64,000 nucleotides of DNA from contig CAWDDT010000011.1 in assembly GCA_963801165.1 (NCBI GenBank), forward strand, positions 160,001 through 224,000, read 5' to 3'. Position numbers and translations under genes: made by a program. Positions 11,007 to 25,759 of the stretch are shown in pieces. This DNA comes from an uncultured bacterium. GTDB lineage: Bacteria > Actinomycetota > Acidimicrobiia > Spongiisociales > UBA5794. The notes under the pieces are model-generated. The model did no database searches and was not told the origin of the DNA. It saw only the letters and a list, made by a program, of their open reading frames with translations. Position 1 is the first letter of the stretch; every line of letters begins with the position of its first letter.

Positions 11007-13091
11007 TTACTCGCCTCGAACCTTGGCCACGATCTCGCGTGCTGCTTCGGTCGGAACTTCCTGATACGAATGAAACTGCATGGTGTATTGCGCCCGTCCC
11101 TGAGTTCGTGACCTCAGGTCGGTGGCATAGCCGAACATCTCTGCCAGCGGCACCAGAGCGGTGACGAGCCGGGCATTGCCACGGGTGTCCATGGCCTCGA
11201 CCTTGCCCCGACGCGAGGAAAGGTCGCCGATGACATCGCCCATGTACTCCTCTGGTGTTACCACCTCGAGCTCCATCACGGGCTCGAGGAGCTTCACGCC
11301 GGCTTGTCTTGCGGCATCCTTCAGTGCCATAGAGCCCGCAATTCGGAACGCCATCTCGGACGAGTCAACCGCGTGGCTGCTTCCGTCGGTGAGTGTGGCC
11401 TTCAGATCGACAAGCGGGTAGCCCGCCAGCACGCCACCCTCGAGAGCGTCACGGAGACCCTTCTCGACGGCGGGGATGTACTCACGAGGCACACGGCCGC
11501 CCCTGACCTTGTCCTCGAACTCGAACCCGGTGCCGGGTGGCAGCGGATCGAGGCTGATGACCACCTCGGCGAACATACCGGAGCCACCGGTCTGCCGCTT
11601 GAGACGAAGCCTGAAACCGGAGACACCCTTCTTGACGGTCTCGCGGTAGGCGACCTGGGGGCGCCCCACGTTGGCCTGGACCTTGAACTCACGCATCAGA
11701 CGATCGACGATGATCTCGAGGTGAAGCTCGCCCATGCCGCTGATGATGGTCTGGCCGGTGTCCTCATCGGACCTGACCGTGAAGGTTGGATCCTCCTCGG
11801 CGAGCCGGCCCAGGGCGGTGGCGAGCTTGTCCTGGTCGCTCTTGGTTCTGGGCTCGATGGCAACTGCGATCACCGGAGCGGGAAAGGTCATCGACTCGAG
11901 TTGGATCTGGGCATCGGTTGCGGCGAGGGTATCCCCGGTCCTGGTGTGCTTGAGGCCGACTGCGGCAACGATGTCGCCGGTGTGGATCTCGTCGATGTCC
12001 TCCTGCGCGGCGGCGTGCATACGGAGGAGACGACCGAAGCGCTCCTTCTTCCGGTCCGTCGTATTGGTCACAGCATCGCCCTTGCCCGCCGTGCCCGAAT
12101 AGACACGGAAGTAGGTGAGCTTGCCAACATATGGGTCGGACATGATCTTGAAGGCGAGGGCGCTGAACGGCTCTTTGTCGTCGGCGTGCCTCTGGAGTGG
12201 CCTGTCCTCGTGCCCGGGTTGGAAGCCCTCGATCGGTGGCATGTCGAGCGGGCTCGGCAGGTAGTCGACGACCCCGTCGAGAAGCGGTTGGACACCTTTG
12301 TTCTTGAACGCCGAGCCGCACATCACCGGTACGAAGTCACGATCGATGGTGCCCTTGCGTATGACTTTGCGGATCTCCTTCGGGTCGAGATCGTCCTCCT
12401 GAAGGTACTTCCCCAGCAACTCCTCGTCCTCTGAGGCAACGACATCGAGCATCTTGTGATGCCATTCGTTGGCGAGATCTGCGAACTCCTCGGGAATGCC
12501 GACGATCTCTCGCTGCTTGCCTTCCTCGTCGTGCCAGATGATCGACTTCATCTCGACGAGGTCGATGACACCGTGGAAGTTCGCCTCGGCGCCCATCGGA
12601 ACCTGGATGGCAACCGGATTGCCACCGAGGCGCTCGACGATCGCCTCGACTGTGCCAAAGAAATCGGCGCCGACCCGGTCCATCTTGTTGATGAAACAAA
12701 TACGGGGGACCCGGTACTTGTCGGCCTGACGCCACACCGTCTCCGATTGGGGTTCGACACCAGACACGGCGTCGAACACGGCGACGGCACCGTCGAGGAC
12801 ACGCAGCGAGCGCTCCACCTCTACGGTGAAGTCGACGTGACCCGGCGTGTCGATGATGTTGATCACGTGGTCGTTCCAATGTGCGGTCGTCGCCGCCGAA
12901 GTGATGGTTATGCCGCGCTCTTGTTCCTGCTCCATCCAGTCCATCACGGCCGCGCCCTCATGGACCTCACCCATCTTGTAGGTGCGGCCCGTGTAATAGA
13001 GAATCCGCTCGGTGGTCGTGGTCTTCCCAGCGTCAATGTGGGCCATGATCCCGATGTTGCGGATTTTCTCGAGGGGGATGGTGCGTGCCAT
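11007..13091 (-). CDS. fusA: Elongation factor G
   Basis: [21 protein letters not shown]; 694 aa. Confidence 0.99.
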   Translation of the reverse strand: MARTIPLEKIRNIGIMAHIDAGKTTTTERILYYTGRTYKMGEVHEGAAVMDWMEQEQERGITITSAATTAHWNDHVINIIDTPGHVDFTVEVERSLRVLDGAVAVFDAVSGVEPQSETVWRQADKYRVPRICFINKMDRVGADFFGTVEAIVERLGGNPVAIQVPMGAEANFHGVIDLVEMKSIIWHDEEGKQREIVGIPEEFADLANEWHHKMLDVVASEDEELLGKYLQEDDLDPKEIRKVIRKGTIDRDFVPVMCGSAFKNKGVQPLLDGVVDYLPSPLDMPPIEGFQPGHEDRPLQRHADDKEPFSALAFKIMSDPYVGKLTYFRVYSGTAGKGDAVTNTTDRKKERFGRLLRMHAAAQEDIDEIHTGDIVAAVGLKHTRTGDTLAATDAQIQLESMTFPAPVIAVAIEPRTKSDQDKLATALGRLAEEDPTFTVRSDEDTGQTIISGMGELHLEIIVDRLMREFKVQANVGRPQVAYRETVKKGVSGFRLRLKRQTGGSGMFAEVVISLDPLPPGTGFEFEDKVRGGRVPREYIPAVEKGLRDALEGGVLAGYPLVDLKATLTDGSSHAVDSSEMAFRIAGSMALKDAARQAGVKLLEPVMELEVVTPEEYMGDVIGDLSSRRGKVEAMDTRGNARLVTALVPLAEMFGYATDLRSRTQGRAQYTMQFHSYQEVPTEAAREIVAKVRGE

Positions 13092-13099
13092 TTGGATTG

Positions 13100-13567
13100 T
13101 TACCAGCGGTAGTGGGCGAAGGCTCGGTTGGACTCCGCCATCTTGTGGATGTCTTCACGGCGCTTCACAGCAGAGCCGGTGCGGTTGGAGGCGTCGAGGA
13201 TCTCGTTGGCGAGTCGCAACGACATGGTGTTCTCTTTGCGCTTTCGGGCGAACTCAACGAGCCAACGGACCGCCAGCGTCTGCGCCCTGCGGGGAATGAC
13301 CTCGACCGGTACCTGATACGACGAGCCACCAACTCTGCGGGACCGCACCTCGACGGCGGGCCGGATGTTGTCGATCGCACGCTTCAGCACCTTGACGGGG
13401 TCGTCCCCCGTCCGCTTCTGCACAGTCTCGAGAGACCCATAGACGATGCGGCGAGCCGCGCCCTTCTTGCCCCGCCACAGCACTTTGTTGATCACCTGGG
13501 TGACCAAAACGCTGCGGTAGATCGGATCTGGCTCGAGTTTGCGGATTTCGGCTGGAGCCCTGCGCAT
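13100..13567 (-). CDS. rpsG: 30S ribosomal protein S7
   Basis: [28 protein letters not shown]. Confidence 0.99.
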   Translation of the reverse strand: MRRAPAEIRKLEPDPIYRSVLVTQVINKVLWRGKKGAARRIVYGSLETVQKRTGDDPVKVLKRAIDNIRPAVEVRSRRVGGSSYQVPVEVIPRRAQTLAVRWLVEFARKRKENTMSLRLANEILDASNRTGSAVKRREDIHKMAESNRAFAHYRW

Positions 13568-13938
13568 CAGCCCTCCTTCTTCGTGCCGTAGCGGGAACGG
13601 GACTGCTTGCGGCCGTCGACGCCGGCGGCGTCGAGCGCTCCGCGAATGACCTTGTAGCGAACACCGGGAAGGTCCTTGACACGACCACCACGCACCAGCA
13701 CGATCGAGTGCTCCTGGAGGTTGTGGCCCTCTCCGGGGATGTACGCCGTGATCTCCATCTGTGAAGTCAGACGGACACGAGCGACCTTGCGCAGCGCGGA
13801 GTTCGGCTTCTTCGGTGTGACGGTGTAAACACGCGTGCAGACGCCTCGCCTCTGCGGCGAGCCGGCGAGACCGAGTGTCTTGGTCTTCTTCGGCTTAGGC
13901 TGACGGCCTTGTCGAATCAGTTGCTGCACAGTCGGCAC
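13567..13938 (-). CDS. rpsL: 30S ribosomal protein S12
   Basis: [28 protein letters not shown]. Confidence 0.99.
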   Translation of the reverse strand: MPTVQQLIRQGRQPKPKKTKTLGLAGSPQRRGVCTRVYTVTPKKPNSALRKVARVRLTSQMEITAYIPGEGHNLQEHSIVLVRGGRVKDLPGVRYKVIRGALDAAGVDGRKQSRSRYGTKKEG

Positions 13939-14000
13939 AGTGCCTTCTTCTCTCTCTTCGGCGCACCCCTACTCCGATTCCGGAGCGGGTTCTTACAGAC

Positions 14001-14036
14001 AAAAATCGGCGCCACCGCAAAAGCGGGGGCCGCCGA
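14001..14036 (-). terminator. Terminator-like hairpin with U-tract inside the rpsL leader
   Basis: TCGGCGGCCCCCGC-TTTT-GCGGTGGCGCCGA-TTTTT on minus strand. Confidence 0.55.
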
Positions 14037-14118
14037 CCCCTTGTCGGACTACTCCACTCACAACAGCGCCGGGGCGCCTCCGGGTAAGTGGGAATCCCAA
14101 CGGGAAAACCGGGGCGGG

Positions 14119-14148
14119 ATTATAGATGGCACACGGGTAGGAGCGCAA
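14119..14148 (-). promoter_or_regulatory. Housekeeping-sigma promoter for str operon
   Basis: TTGCGC-N18-TATAAT on minus strand, about 180 nt before rpsL. Confidence 0.7.
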
Positions 14149-14193
14149 GACGGCCCCCGCCACCGGGGCTTGCCGCACACACCATACCCGATC

Positions 14194-15219
14194 TCAGACC
14201 AGTTGGTAGCCGAATCCGATCGGATCGTCCTCATCCAGCCAGTAGGTACCCACGCCGGTGCGGAAAGCGCGGCCCTCGACCTCGGTGACAACACCGTGAA
14301 TGCCGCCCACCTCGCCGTCACCGACAACCCTTGCGGAGAACCTGCCACCGACAAATGACTCGTTGACCAGCGCATCGCCTCTCGCCAGCTCAGCCGTATT
14401 ATCAAGCAGGGCCACCCGGGCGGAAGTGCCTCCGCCGCAAGGGGATCGGTCGACCCGGCCGTCGGTGGAGACGGTGACGCTGCGCTGCTGGCGTCCCGGC
14501 CCGGACACCTCGACATCCTCGTAGAAGACAGTGGCCGTGAGCCCGGAGAGACGGTGGTCGGTCGGGTGAACTACTGCCGGGTTGTCCGCGAGGATCGCGC
14601 CGATCTCCCGGCCGTAGCGAACAAACGCATCGAGGTTGCCCGGGGCGATCACAAGATCGAGTTCCCCGACGTCGACGGCTGCGTAGTAGGCACCGCCATA
14701 GGCGATATCAACCGGGACGACACCGTCTGCGAGCTGCATAGGGATGAAACGGCCGGCGACGTAGCTGGTCACGTTGCGAAACGAGACCGATTCGACACGA
14801 CCGTTGCTGATGCGGGCGTTGGCCTCCACCGTACCGGCGGGGGTGTCGAGCGTGACCGGGCCCTGCGGAGCGTCGGCGGGAACGAGACCCGATTCAATGG
14901 CCCATGTGACGAGTGCGATCGTGCCCCGCCCGCTCACGGTGCTGTAGCCGGCCTGGTGAAAGAACACCGCCTCGAGATCTGCCCCGGAGTGGCCGGGCGA
15001 GTAGGCGTACCCCCCATGCAACCCGTCATGGCCCCGGGGCTCGTTGACCAGGAGCCGGCGCAGATCGTCACCGACGTTTCGCGCCTCGCCGACCCGGGCG
15101 AGCGGATCGGTCCCCCTCACTTGCGGGAAGCCGGACGTGACGACACGAAACGGTGCCCCGGCGACGTGGTAGTCGACGACCTCGATCGGGCCCAGGCTAT
15201 GCATCGATCGGATGCTCAA
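14194..15219 (-). CDS. Proline racemase/hydroxyproline epimerase-dehydratase family protein
   Basis: DYHVAGAPFRVV, EPRGH, DIAYGGAYYA, DRSPCG; start uncertain. Confidence 0.88.
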   Translation of the reverse strand: MSIRSMHSLGPIEVVDYHVAGAPFRVVTSGFPQVRGTDPLARVGEARNVGDDLRRLLVNEPRGHDGLHGGYAYSPGHSGADLEAVFFHQAGYSTVSGRGTIALVTWAIESGLVPADAPQGPVTLDTPAGTVEANARISNGRVESVSFRNVTSYVAGRFIPMQLADGVVPVDIAYGGAYYAAVDVGELDLVIAPGNLDAFVRYGREIGAILADNPAVVHPTDHRLSGLTATVFYEDVEVSGPGRQQRSVTVSTDGRVDRSPCGGGTSARVALLDNTAELARGDALVNESFVGGRFSARVVGDGEVGGIHGVVTEVEGRAFRTGVGTYWLDEDDPIGFGYQLV

Positions 15220-15342
15220 CCTGAATCACACCGGTCTTCATGCCGATGGCAACCAGAATTCCCAGCAGGACGACTGCGACGAACAGCTTTTTCACTCCAC
15301 CCCGATGCTCGCTCTTCTATCAGCGTAGTGCCCCACCGCGGG

Positions 15343-15948
15343 TTAGGAGGGTGCCTGATTGCTCGGCGAGGTCGTTGCCACTTCCGGATCTGCGATGACG
15401 AAAGCCGCAAGAACGCCCGCTACAAGACCAAACAGGTGCGACTCCCACGACACCCAGCTCGCGACAGGGACGACACCATGCAACACCACACCACCGAAGA
15501 GGATCCCGACAACCAACGCGACGGCCACGCCCTTCAGGGACTTCTCGACGAACCCGGCCACGAGCAGGAAACCGGCGTAACCGAAGATCAGCCCGCTGGC
15601 GCCGATGTGGATCGCCGGTCTGGCGAGCAGCCACGTTGCCAGACCACCGACGATCATGACGAATAGGGTCACCGAGACCCACCGCCGAATCCCGCCGAGG
15701 GCGACCAGGCCACCCAGTAGGAGGAACGGGAGCGTGTTTGCCAGCAGATGGCCAAAGCTCCCGTGCAGCCACGGTGCCCAGAGGATCCCATCGAGACCAC
15801 CCCACGTACGCGGAACGATGCCTTGCCGATCGAGACTGTGGTGGAAGATCAGCGAGTCCGCAGCTTCGACCACCCACATCAGGGCGGTAACCGCAACAAC
15901 CAGTTGTATCGCCTCGACCGCCGGTGACCTCTTCGGCTCGACCAGCAT
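15343..15948 (-). CDS. Rhomboid family intramembrane serine protease
   Basis: HLLAN, GASG catalytic Ser, SWESHLFG catalytic His; start reset to ATG 15948. Confidence 0.9.
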   Translation of the reverse strand: MLVEPKRSPAVEAIQLVVAVTALMWVVEAADSLIFHHSLDRQGIVPRTWGGLDGILWAPWLHGSFGHLLANTLPFLLLGGLVALGGIRRWVSVTLFVMIVGGLATWLLARPAIHIGASGLIFGYAGFLLVAGFVEKSLKGVAVALVVGILFGGVVLHGVVPVASWVSWESHLFGLVAGVLAAFVIADPEVATTSPSNQAPS

Positions 15949-15949
15949 C

Positions 15950-16663
15950 TCAGGTTTGAGGGTCGTCGTCGAAGATCGACAAGACCGATCCGGGGTCGAC
16001 CGGTGGCTGCGGCCGCGGACGTGGTGCCTGTGGATGCGTCTCGGGTGTCTGCAAGCCCTGAAGCGCGATAACTCCGACGAAGATCGCACCAATCATGTTG
16101 TCCCACAGGTGGATTGCGAGATAGGCGACTACAGCCGCTGCGATCACGGTCAGGCCCTTGGCGATGCGCAGCGCATAGCGAGGTGTGACAAGGGCCAACG
16201 CGTGGCGGGCCATACTCCCGCCATCGAGCGGCAGAATCGGGAGCCAGTTGAGCGCACCCCACATCAACCCGGCTATGACGGTCCCCACCCCGATCGCATA
16301 AACGAAGCTCGGCACGTCGTGGGCCAGACCGGTGTCGCGAAGCAGGTAGACCGACCCGCCGATGGTCATCCCGACCGCCGACCCGCTGGCAGCGATGAGG
16401 AACTGCCGCCCCTCGGTCATCGCCGGGGTTAGCGGATACTGGGTCAGCCCGCCCAGTCCGAACAGCGTGATCTTGATCGACGTGGCCCCAAAGGCACGGG
16501 CGGTCAAGGCATGGCCGACCTCATGGCACAGGACCACGATGAAGACCCCTATGACAAATGCCACCACCAGCTCGAGCGGGTTGTTGGTGATCACCAAGAT
16601 CCCGATCAACACAAAGCTCCAATGGACGCCAACCGGGATGCCAAACACCTTGAGCCTTAGCAT
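15950..16663 (-). CDS. Site-2 protease (M50 Zn metalloprotease)
   Basis: HEVGH and NWLPILPLDGG; FGIPVGVHWSF N-terminus; ATG 16663. Confidence 0.9.
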   Translation of the reverse strand: MLRLKVFGIPVGVHWSFVLIGILVITNNPLELVVAFVIGVFIVVLCHEVGHALTARAFGATSIKITLFGLGGLTQYPLTPAMTEGRQFLIAASGSAVGMTIGGSVYLLRDTGLAHDVPSFVYAIGVGTVIAGLMWGALNWLPILPLDGGSMARHALALVTPRYALRIAKGLTVIAAAVVAYLAIHLWDNMIGAIFVGVIALQGLQTPETHPQAPRPRPQPPVDPGSVLSIFDDDPQT

Positions 16664-16797
16664 CAGCGATACGTCGCCGAGGATTTGGTGCGGATTCGAC
16701 GTTGCGAATCGTGCCGGAGCAGGCAAAGCCGGCAGAGACCGGCTCGGCTGACGGTGACCGCCCGACCGCAGTCGCGGCACATCGTGAACAACTTCAT
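16663..16797 (-). CDS. Small 44-aa CxxC-x11-CxxC protein (putative Zn finger)
   Basis: MKLFTMCRDCGRAVTVSRAGLCRLCLLRHDSQRRIRTKSSATYR; TACAAT 7 nt before ATG; stop overlaps S2P start (TGATG). Confidence 0.55.
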   Translation of the reverse strand: MKLFTMCRDCGRAVTVSRAGLCRLCLLRHDSQRRIRTKSSATYR

Positions 16798-16915
16798 GCT
16801 CCTGATTGTACGGGACATACCCATTTGCAAACACCGACCGGTGGTGGACGCGTACGGCACCCTCGAGCCTTCTTGCCGCTCCGATACGCCCCGGCCCTCA
16901 TTACGCTCATCGTCT

Positions 16916-18313
16916 ATGCAGCCATGGACGAGCCGAGTCGTTGTGATGACCACTGTCCTGCTCACTGTCGTCGTCACGGTTTTACCGGCGGTAGTGACGG
17001 CCCAGGAGCCCGCCGCTTCAGCCGCGGGCACCACGACCACAACAACGACCGAACCGCCCCCGGTGCTCCCGTACTACGAGCAATTCGAGACCGACAACTG
17101 GCACGACGATTGGATCGACTGGCGCTATGCCGATGACCAGAACACGTCGATCTTACGGGCGTACCAGGAGAACGGTCTCCGGGTGAACATTCCACCAAAC
17201 CAGCGCCGCGGCACAGGACCGCTGTGGAAGCTGCCCGACGATGTCGAGGAGGCATGGTTCCGCTACCGGATACGCTTCGACGACTTCTACCCCATCACGG
17301 CAGGCAAGCTGCCCGGCTTCGCCGGCATGCCCAACTACACGGCCCGGGGCTGCAACCCGTCGACCGAGGCGTACCCCGGATGGTCTGCTCGGATGCTCTT
17401 CGAGCCGTCGGGCTACGGGGGCCGCGAAGACGGCCAGATCCAGATCGGCTACTACACCTATCACCTCGACCAGGCAGGTACGTGCGGCGACTACATGCTC
17501 TGGGACGGCGACGGGGTGTTGGGCCAGGACCAGTGGTATTGCGTCGAGGGCCGGGTTCGTATGAACACCCCCGGTGCAGCGGACGGCATTCTCGAAGGCT
17601 GGGTGGACAACAAGCTGGCATTCACCCGGGATGGCTTGAGGTTCCGCAGGGCGACCGAAGACTCGCTCGACGTGCGCACGTTCTGGCTCGACGTGTATTT
17701 CGGCGGCTCGACGATTCCCAATGATCGGAATCTCACGATGCGGATAGACGATCTCGCCGTGAGCGACACCGGCCGTATCGGATGCCCGAACCGCTTCCGC
17801 GACGACGACGGCAACCCACACGAGAGCGACATCGAGTGGATGTTCCAGCGCGAGTACATCTACGGCTGCGACACCCTGCTGTACTGCCCGAGTGCCAAGC
17901 TGACCCGGGCCGCGACCGCCGCCCTCATCGATCGGATCCTCCAGCCACCGGCAACGAGCGGGAACTTCTTCACCGACGACAACGGGCACTGGGCGGAAGG
18001 CGCATTGAACCGGCTTGCCGCGGCAGGCATTCTGCGCGGGTGCGGCGAAGCACTTGCGTGTCCCGACGAGCCGGTGACCCGGGGCCAGTTCGCCGCGCTG
18101 CTGTCACGGGCCTTTGCCATACCGGGCACGTCGACCGATCATTTCGTTGACGACGACGGCAACATATTCGAGAGCGCGATCAACTCCATCGCGGAGATCG
18201 GTATCACCAAGGGCTGTCACAACACCGACGACCACTACTGCCCCGGCGAGGCGGTGCTCCGCGACCAGGCGGCCACGTTGCTCGCCCGCACCGTCCGCTG
18301 GTGGGAGGGTTGA
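16916..18313 (+). CDS. Secreted polysaccharide lyase (PL14-like) domain protein with C-terminal SLH-like repeats
   Basis: Signal peptide, Thr linker, FRYRIRF..GKLPG..WSARM..MNTPG..DG.L.GWVD; three SLH-like repeats (TRGQFA). Confidence 0.75.
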   Translation: MQPWTSRVVVMTTVLLTVVVTVLPAVVTAQEPAASAAGTTTTTTTEPPPVLPYYEQFETDNWHDDWIDWRYADDQNTSILRAYQENGLRVNIPPNQRRGTGPLWKLPDDVEEAWFRYRIRFDDFYPITAGKLPGFAGMPNYTARGCNPSTEAYPGWSARMLFEPSGYGGREDGQIQIGYYTYHLDQAGTCGDYMLWDGDGVLGQDQWYCVEGRVRMNTPGAADGILEGWVDNKLAFTRDGLRFRRATEDSLDVRTFWLDVYFGGSTIPNDRNLTMRIDDLAVSDTGRIGCPNRFRDDDGNPHESDIEWMFQREYIYGCDTLLYCPSAKLTRAATAALIDRILQPPATSGNFFTDDNGHWAEGALNRLAAAGILRGCGEALACPDEPVTRGQFAALLSRAFAIPGTSTDHFVDDDGNIFESAINSIAEIGITKGCHNTDDHYCPGEAVLRDQAATLLARTVRWWEG

Positions 18314-18349
18314 CCTACCCCGTTCACACGTAGCCCCTTCGCCAAAGAC

Positions 18350-18377
18350 AGAGAGACCCCCACTTGGGGGTCTCTCT
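18350..18377. terminator. Hairpin terminator between convergent SLH gene and rpoC
   Basis: AGAGAGACCCCC-ACTT-GGGGGTCTCTCT perfect stem. Confidence 0.8.
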
Positions 18378-18439
18378 CGTACAGTGCTGCAGTTTCGCGG
18401 AAACTGCCAACGGATCCGGCCTGCGGGCCGGACCCGCGG

Positions 18440-21400
18440 TTACTCGTCGTCTTCGGCGTCGAATGACTGTGTGCCCAGGCTGGCCAGCCACTGCGCCGGA
18501 TCGGCCGGAAGAGCCTCCTCGTCGCTGCCAGAGCCGTCGAGCTGGGCGTCGGGGAACAAGCCGAGCGCCGATACCACCGTCGCATCCGGTAGTGACGGCT
18601 GGATCGACTGGTACTTCGCCGAGCCCGTGCCGGCGGGGATGAGCTTGCCGATGATGACATTCTCCTTGAGACCCCGCATGAAGTCCGACTTGCCCTGAAG
18701 CGAAGCCTCGGTGAGCACCCGGGTCGTCTCCTGGAACGAAGCAGCCGACAGCCAGGAATCCGTGGCCAGCGAAGCCTTGGTGATACCCATGAGCTCCGGA
18801 CGGCCCTCTGCAGGGGCCTTGCCCTCTTCGACGAGAGACCGGTTGACGTCCCTGAACTCCTGCTCGTCGACCAGCTCGGCCGGGAGGAAGTGCGAGTCAC
18901 CGGAATTGACCACACGCACCTTGCGCAGCATCTGGCGCACGATCAGCTCGATGTGCTTGTCGTGGATATCCACACCCTGGCTGCGGTACACCTCCTGGAC
19001 CTGGTCAACCAGGTAACGCTGGCAGGCGCGCACACCCCGAATCTCCAGCACCTCCTTCGGATCCAGCGGACCTTCCGTGAGCTGGCTCCCGGCGGTGATG
19101 ATGTCGCCCGTGGCGACCTTGAGCCTGGCACGGCGAGCGAGCGGGTACTCGCTTTCCTCGTCCTTTTCGGTAACCACGACCCGGCGCCCCTCATCGTCGT
19201 CGATGAGCTGCACCACACCGCCGTGCTCGGCGAGCAGCGCCTTGCCCTTCGGGGTCCGAGCCTCGAACAGCTCGACCACGCGGGGAAGACCGTGGGTGAT
19301 GTCGTCGCCCGCAACACCACCAGTGTGGAAGGTACGCATGGTGAGCTGGGTACCCGGCTCACCGATCGACTGGGCGGCCATGATCCCAACTGCCTCACCC
19401 GATTCGACCATCAGGCCGGTTGCCAGGCTCAGACCGTACGACTCCTTGGAAATCCCGTAGCGAGACTGGTCGGTGAGAGGTGAGCGGACCCGCACCTCTT
19501 CGAGTTCAGCCTCCGCCTCGATGGCCTGGAGTGCGTCGCGGTCGACGAGCTCACCGGCACGCAGCTTGCGTCCACTAAATGTCTCGAGCAGTTTGCGCCC
19601 GACCTTGATGTCCTCGGCAAGTATCCGACCGTAGATCCGGTTCCGCAGGTTCCTGATCGGCTGACCGTGCTCACGCACCCGGATGAGAAGACCCGTATCG
19701 TCGGTCACCTCGTCATGGATGATGATCTCCTGCGACACGTCGACCAGCCGGCGGGTCAGGTACCCGGAGTCGGCAGTTCGCAGCGCCGTGTCGGCGAGAC
19801 CCTTGCGGGCACCGTGCGTTGAGATGAAGTACTCGAGCACGGACAGGCCCTCACGGAAGTTCGACTTGATCGGCTGCGGGATGATGTCACCCTTCGGGTT
19901 GGCCACCAGGCCACGCATACCGGCGATCTGACGCAGCTGCATCATGTTGCCGCGGGCACCCGAGCGCACCATCATGTCGATCGGGTTGAACTTCTCCGCC
20001 TCGAGCGTCGCCTGCATGGCCTCCTTGACCTCGTCGGTCGCCTCGGTCCAGATCTCGATGAGCTCCTGGCGACGCTCGTCATCAGTGATGACGCCTTTCA
20101 GATAGAGAGACTCCACCTTCTCGGCGCGTGCATCGTAGGCCGCAAGGATCGCCGCCTTCTGTGGCGGGGTCTTGACGTCCTCCAGACCGATGGTGAGACC
20201 GGCCTTCGTGGCGAACTTGAACCCGAGACTCTTGATCGAGTCGAGTGTTTCCGCGACATCCGGCTTGTCGTAGTCGTTGATGACCTCGGCAACCAGCGTC
20301 CGGATATCCGACTTCATCACCGGGGCATCGATGAACGGGAACGTCTCGGGGAATGCCGTGTTCATCACAGCACGCCCATACGAGGTCTCGAACAAGGCCG
20401 TGCCGTCGACCGGCTCCTCGGTAAGGAGATGACCGATGTATCTCTTCAACTCGGCGTGTCGCTCGGGGTCTCCGGCCAGGTCGCCGATACGCATCTTGAC
20501 CCTGGCATGGATATCGATGTCGCCCAACTCGTAGGCCATCGCCGCCTCGTCGATGTCGACGAACACACGGCCCTCGCCCTTGGCCCCATCGACGATCTCC
20601 GACAGGTAGAACATTCCAATGACCATGTCCTGAGACGGGGTGACGATCGGGCGCCCGGATGCCGGGGACAGCATGTTGTTCGTCGACAACATGAGAACCC
20701 GCGCCTCCGCCTGCGCCTCTGCCGACAACGGGAGATGCACAGCCATCTGGTCACCGTCGAAGTCGGCGTTGAAAGCCTCGCACACGAGCGGGTGGATCTG
20801 GATGGCCTTGCCCTCAACGAGAACGGGCTCGAAGGCCTGGATGCCGAGCCGGTGCAGCGTGGGGGCCCGGTTCAAGAAGACGGGGTGTTCCTGAACAACC
20901 TCGGATAGCACGTCCCACACCTGGGGGCGGCGCCGCTCGACCATCCTCTTTGCCGCCTTGATGTTCTGGGCGTGATCGAGATCGACCAGACGCTTCATGA
21001 CGAACGGCTTGAACAGCTCGAGCGCCATCGACCGCGGCAGGCCACACTGGTGCAGCCTGAGTTGCGGGCCGACGACGATGACCGAACGGCCGGAGTAGTC
21101 GACGCGCTTACCCAGCAGGTTCTGACGGAATCTTCCCTGCTTGCCCTTGAGCATGTCGGAGAGCGACTTGAGCGGCCGGCTCCCCGGTCCGGTCACCGCA
21201 CGACCGCGACGACCGTTGTCGAACAACGCATCGACGGCCTCCTGGAGCATCCTCTTCTCGTTGTTGACGATGATCTCGGGAGCACCCAGGTCGAGAAGCC
21301 GCTTGAGACGGTTGTTTCGGTTGATCACCCGCCGGTACAGGTCGTTGAGGTCCGAGGTGGCAAACCGACCACCGTCGAGCTGGACCATCGGGCGCAGATC

Positions 21401-22360
21401 GGGCGGGATCACGGGTACGGCCTCGAGAATCATCCCGGCGGGGTCGTTCTTGCCCCCGGCAAACGGGCTCACGACCTTGAGCCGCTTCATCGCCCGCTGG
21501 CGACGCTGCTGCGACCGGGAATCGAGGTCCTCACGGAGCGACTCCATCTCGGCATCGAGATCAGTGCGCTGGATCAGGTCCTTGACCCACTCGGCCCCCA
21601 TCCCGCCTGAGTAGTAGTCACCGTAACGGTCCACGATCTCGCGCCAGAGCTGCTCAGACTCGATCAGCTGCTTCGGCTTGAGGGTCTTGAACGTGTCGAA
21701 AGCCTCTTTGAGGAGGTCCTCCTCGACCGAGGCTCGTTCCTCGCGATCCTTGATCTCACGCTCGACGTCACGCCGACGAGCCGAGATCTCCTGGGTCGGG
21801 GCTTCGGCCTCCTCCATCTGCTTCAGCTCGGCTTCGAGCTGTTCGAGACGCGATTCCTTCCACTCCTCGAACTCTTCCCGGATCAGCTCGAGCTCATGGC
21901 TCGTTGCCTCCTCGAGCTCCGAGAGATCCGCAGTGCGCTTGTCGACGTCTATGGACGTGATCAGATACGCGGCGAAGTAGATGACCTTCTCCAGGTCCTT
22001 CGGGGACATGTCGAGCAAATAGCCGAGACGGCTGGGAACGCCCTTGAAGAACCAGATGTGTGTCACCGGTGCGGCCAGCTCGATGTGGCCCATCCGCTCC
22101 CGGCGAACCTTGGCGCGGGTCACCTCGACCCCACACCGCTCACAGGTGATGCCGCGGAAACGGACCCGCTTGTACTTGCCGCAGTAGCACTCCCAGTCCC
22201 GCGTGGGACCAAAGATGCGCTCGTCAAACAAGCCGTCCTTCTCCGGCTTGAGCGTCCGGTAGTTGATAGTCTCCGGCTTCTTGACCTCACCAAACGACCA
22301 CGACCGGATCTGGTCGGAGCTGGCCAGGCTGATTCTCAGTTCGTCGAATAAGTCAACCAC
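18440..22360 (-). CDS. rpoC: RNA polymerase beta' subunit
   Basis: NADFDGD active site, Zn finger, actinobacteria-type N-terminal coiled-coil insertion. Confidence 0.99.
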   Translation of the reverse strand: MVDLFDELRISLASSDQIRSWSFGEVKKPETINYRTLKPEKDGLFDERIFGPTRDWECYCGKYKRVRFRGITCERCGVEVTRAKVRRERMGHIELAAPVTHIWFFKGVPSRLGYLLDMSPKDLEKVIYFAAYLITSIDVDKRTADLSELEEATSHELELIREEFEEWKESRLEQLEAELKQMEEAEAPTQEISARRRDVEREIKDREERASVEEDLLKEAFDTFKTLKPKQLIESEQLWREIVDRYGDYYSGGMGAEWVKDLIQRTDLDAEMESLREDLDSRSQQRRQRAMKRLKVVSPFAGGKNDPAGMILEAVPVIPPDLRPMVQLDGGRFATSDLNDLYRRVINRNNRLKRLLDLGAPEIIVNNEKRMLQEAVDALFDNGRRGRAVTGPGSRPLKSLSDMLKGKQGRFRQNLLGKRVDYSGRSVIVVGPQLRLHQCGLPRSMALELFKPFVMKRLVDLDHAQNIKAAKRMVERRRPQVWDVLSEVVQEHPVFLNRAPTLHRLGIQAFEPVLVEGKAIQIHPLVCEAFNADFDGDQMAVHLPLSAEAQAEARVLMLSTNNMLSPASGRPIVTPSQDMVIGMFYLSEIVDGAKGEGRVFVDIDEAAMAYELGDIDIHARVKMRIGDLAGDPERHAELKRYIGHLLTEEPVDGTALFETSYGRAVMNTAFPETFPFIDAPVMKSDIRTLVAEVINDYDKPDVAETLDSIKSLGFKFATKAGLTIGLEDVKTPPQKAAILAAYDARAEKVESLYLKGVITDDERRQELIEIWTEATDEVKEAMQATLEAEKFNPIDMMVRSGARGNMMQLRQIAGMRGLVANPKGDIIPQPIKSNFREGLSVLEYFISTHGARKGLADTALRTADSGYLTRRLVDVSQEIIIHDEVTDDTGLLIRVREHGQPIRNLRNRIYGRILAEDIKVGRKLLETFSGRKLRAGELVDRDALQAIEAEAELEEVRVRSPLTDQSRYGISKESYGLSLATGLMVESGEAVGIMAAQSIGEPGTQLTMRTFHTGGVAGDDITHGLPRVVELFEARTPKGKALLAEHGGVVQLIDDDEGRRVVVTEKDEESEYPLARRARLKVATGDIITAGSQLTEGPLDPKEVLEIRGVRACQRYLVDQVQEVYRSQGVDIHDKHIELIVRQMLRKVRVVNSGDSHFLPAELVDEQEFRDVNRSLVEEGKAPAEGRPELMGITKASLATDSWLSAASFQETTRVLTEASLQGKSDFMRGLKENVIIGKLIPAGTGSAKYQSIQPSLPDATVVSALGLFPDAQLDGSGSDEEALPADPAQWLASLGTQSFDAEDDE

Positions 22361-22405
22361 GTAATGCCCACCTTCCGGCTCTTTCCAGCATCTTTGTAAT
22401 CCTCA

Positions 22406-25759
<3,354 letters not shown>

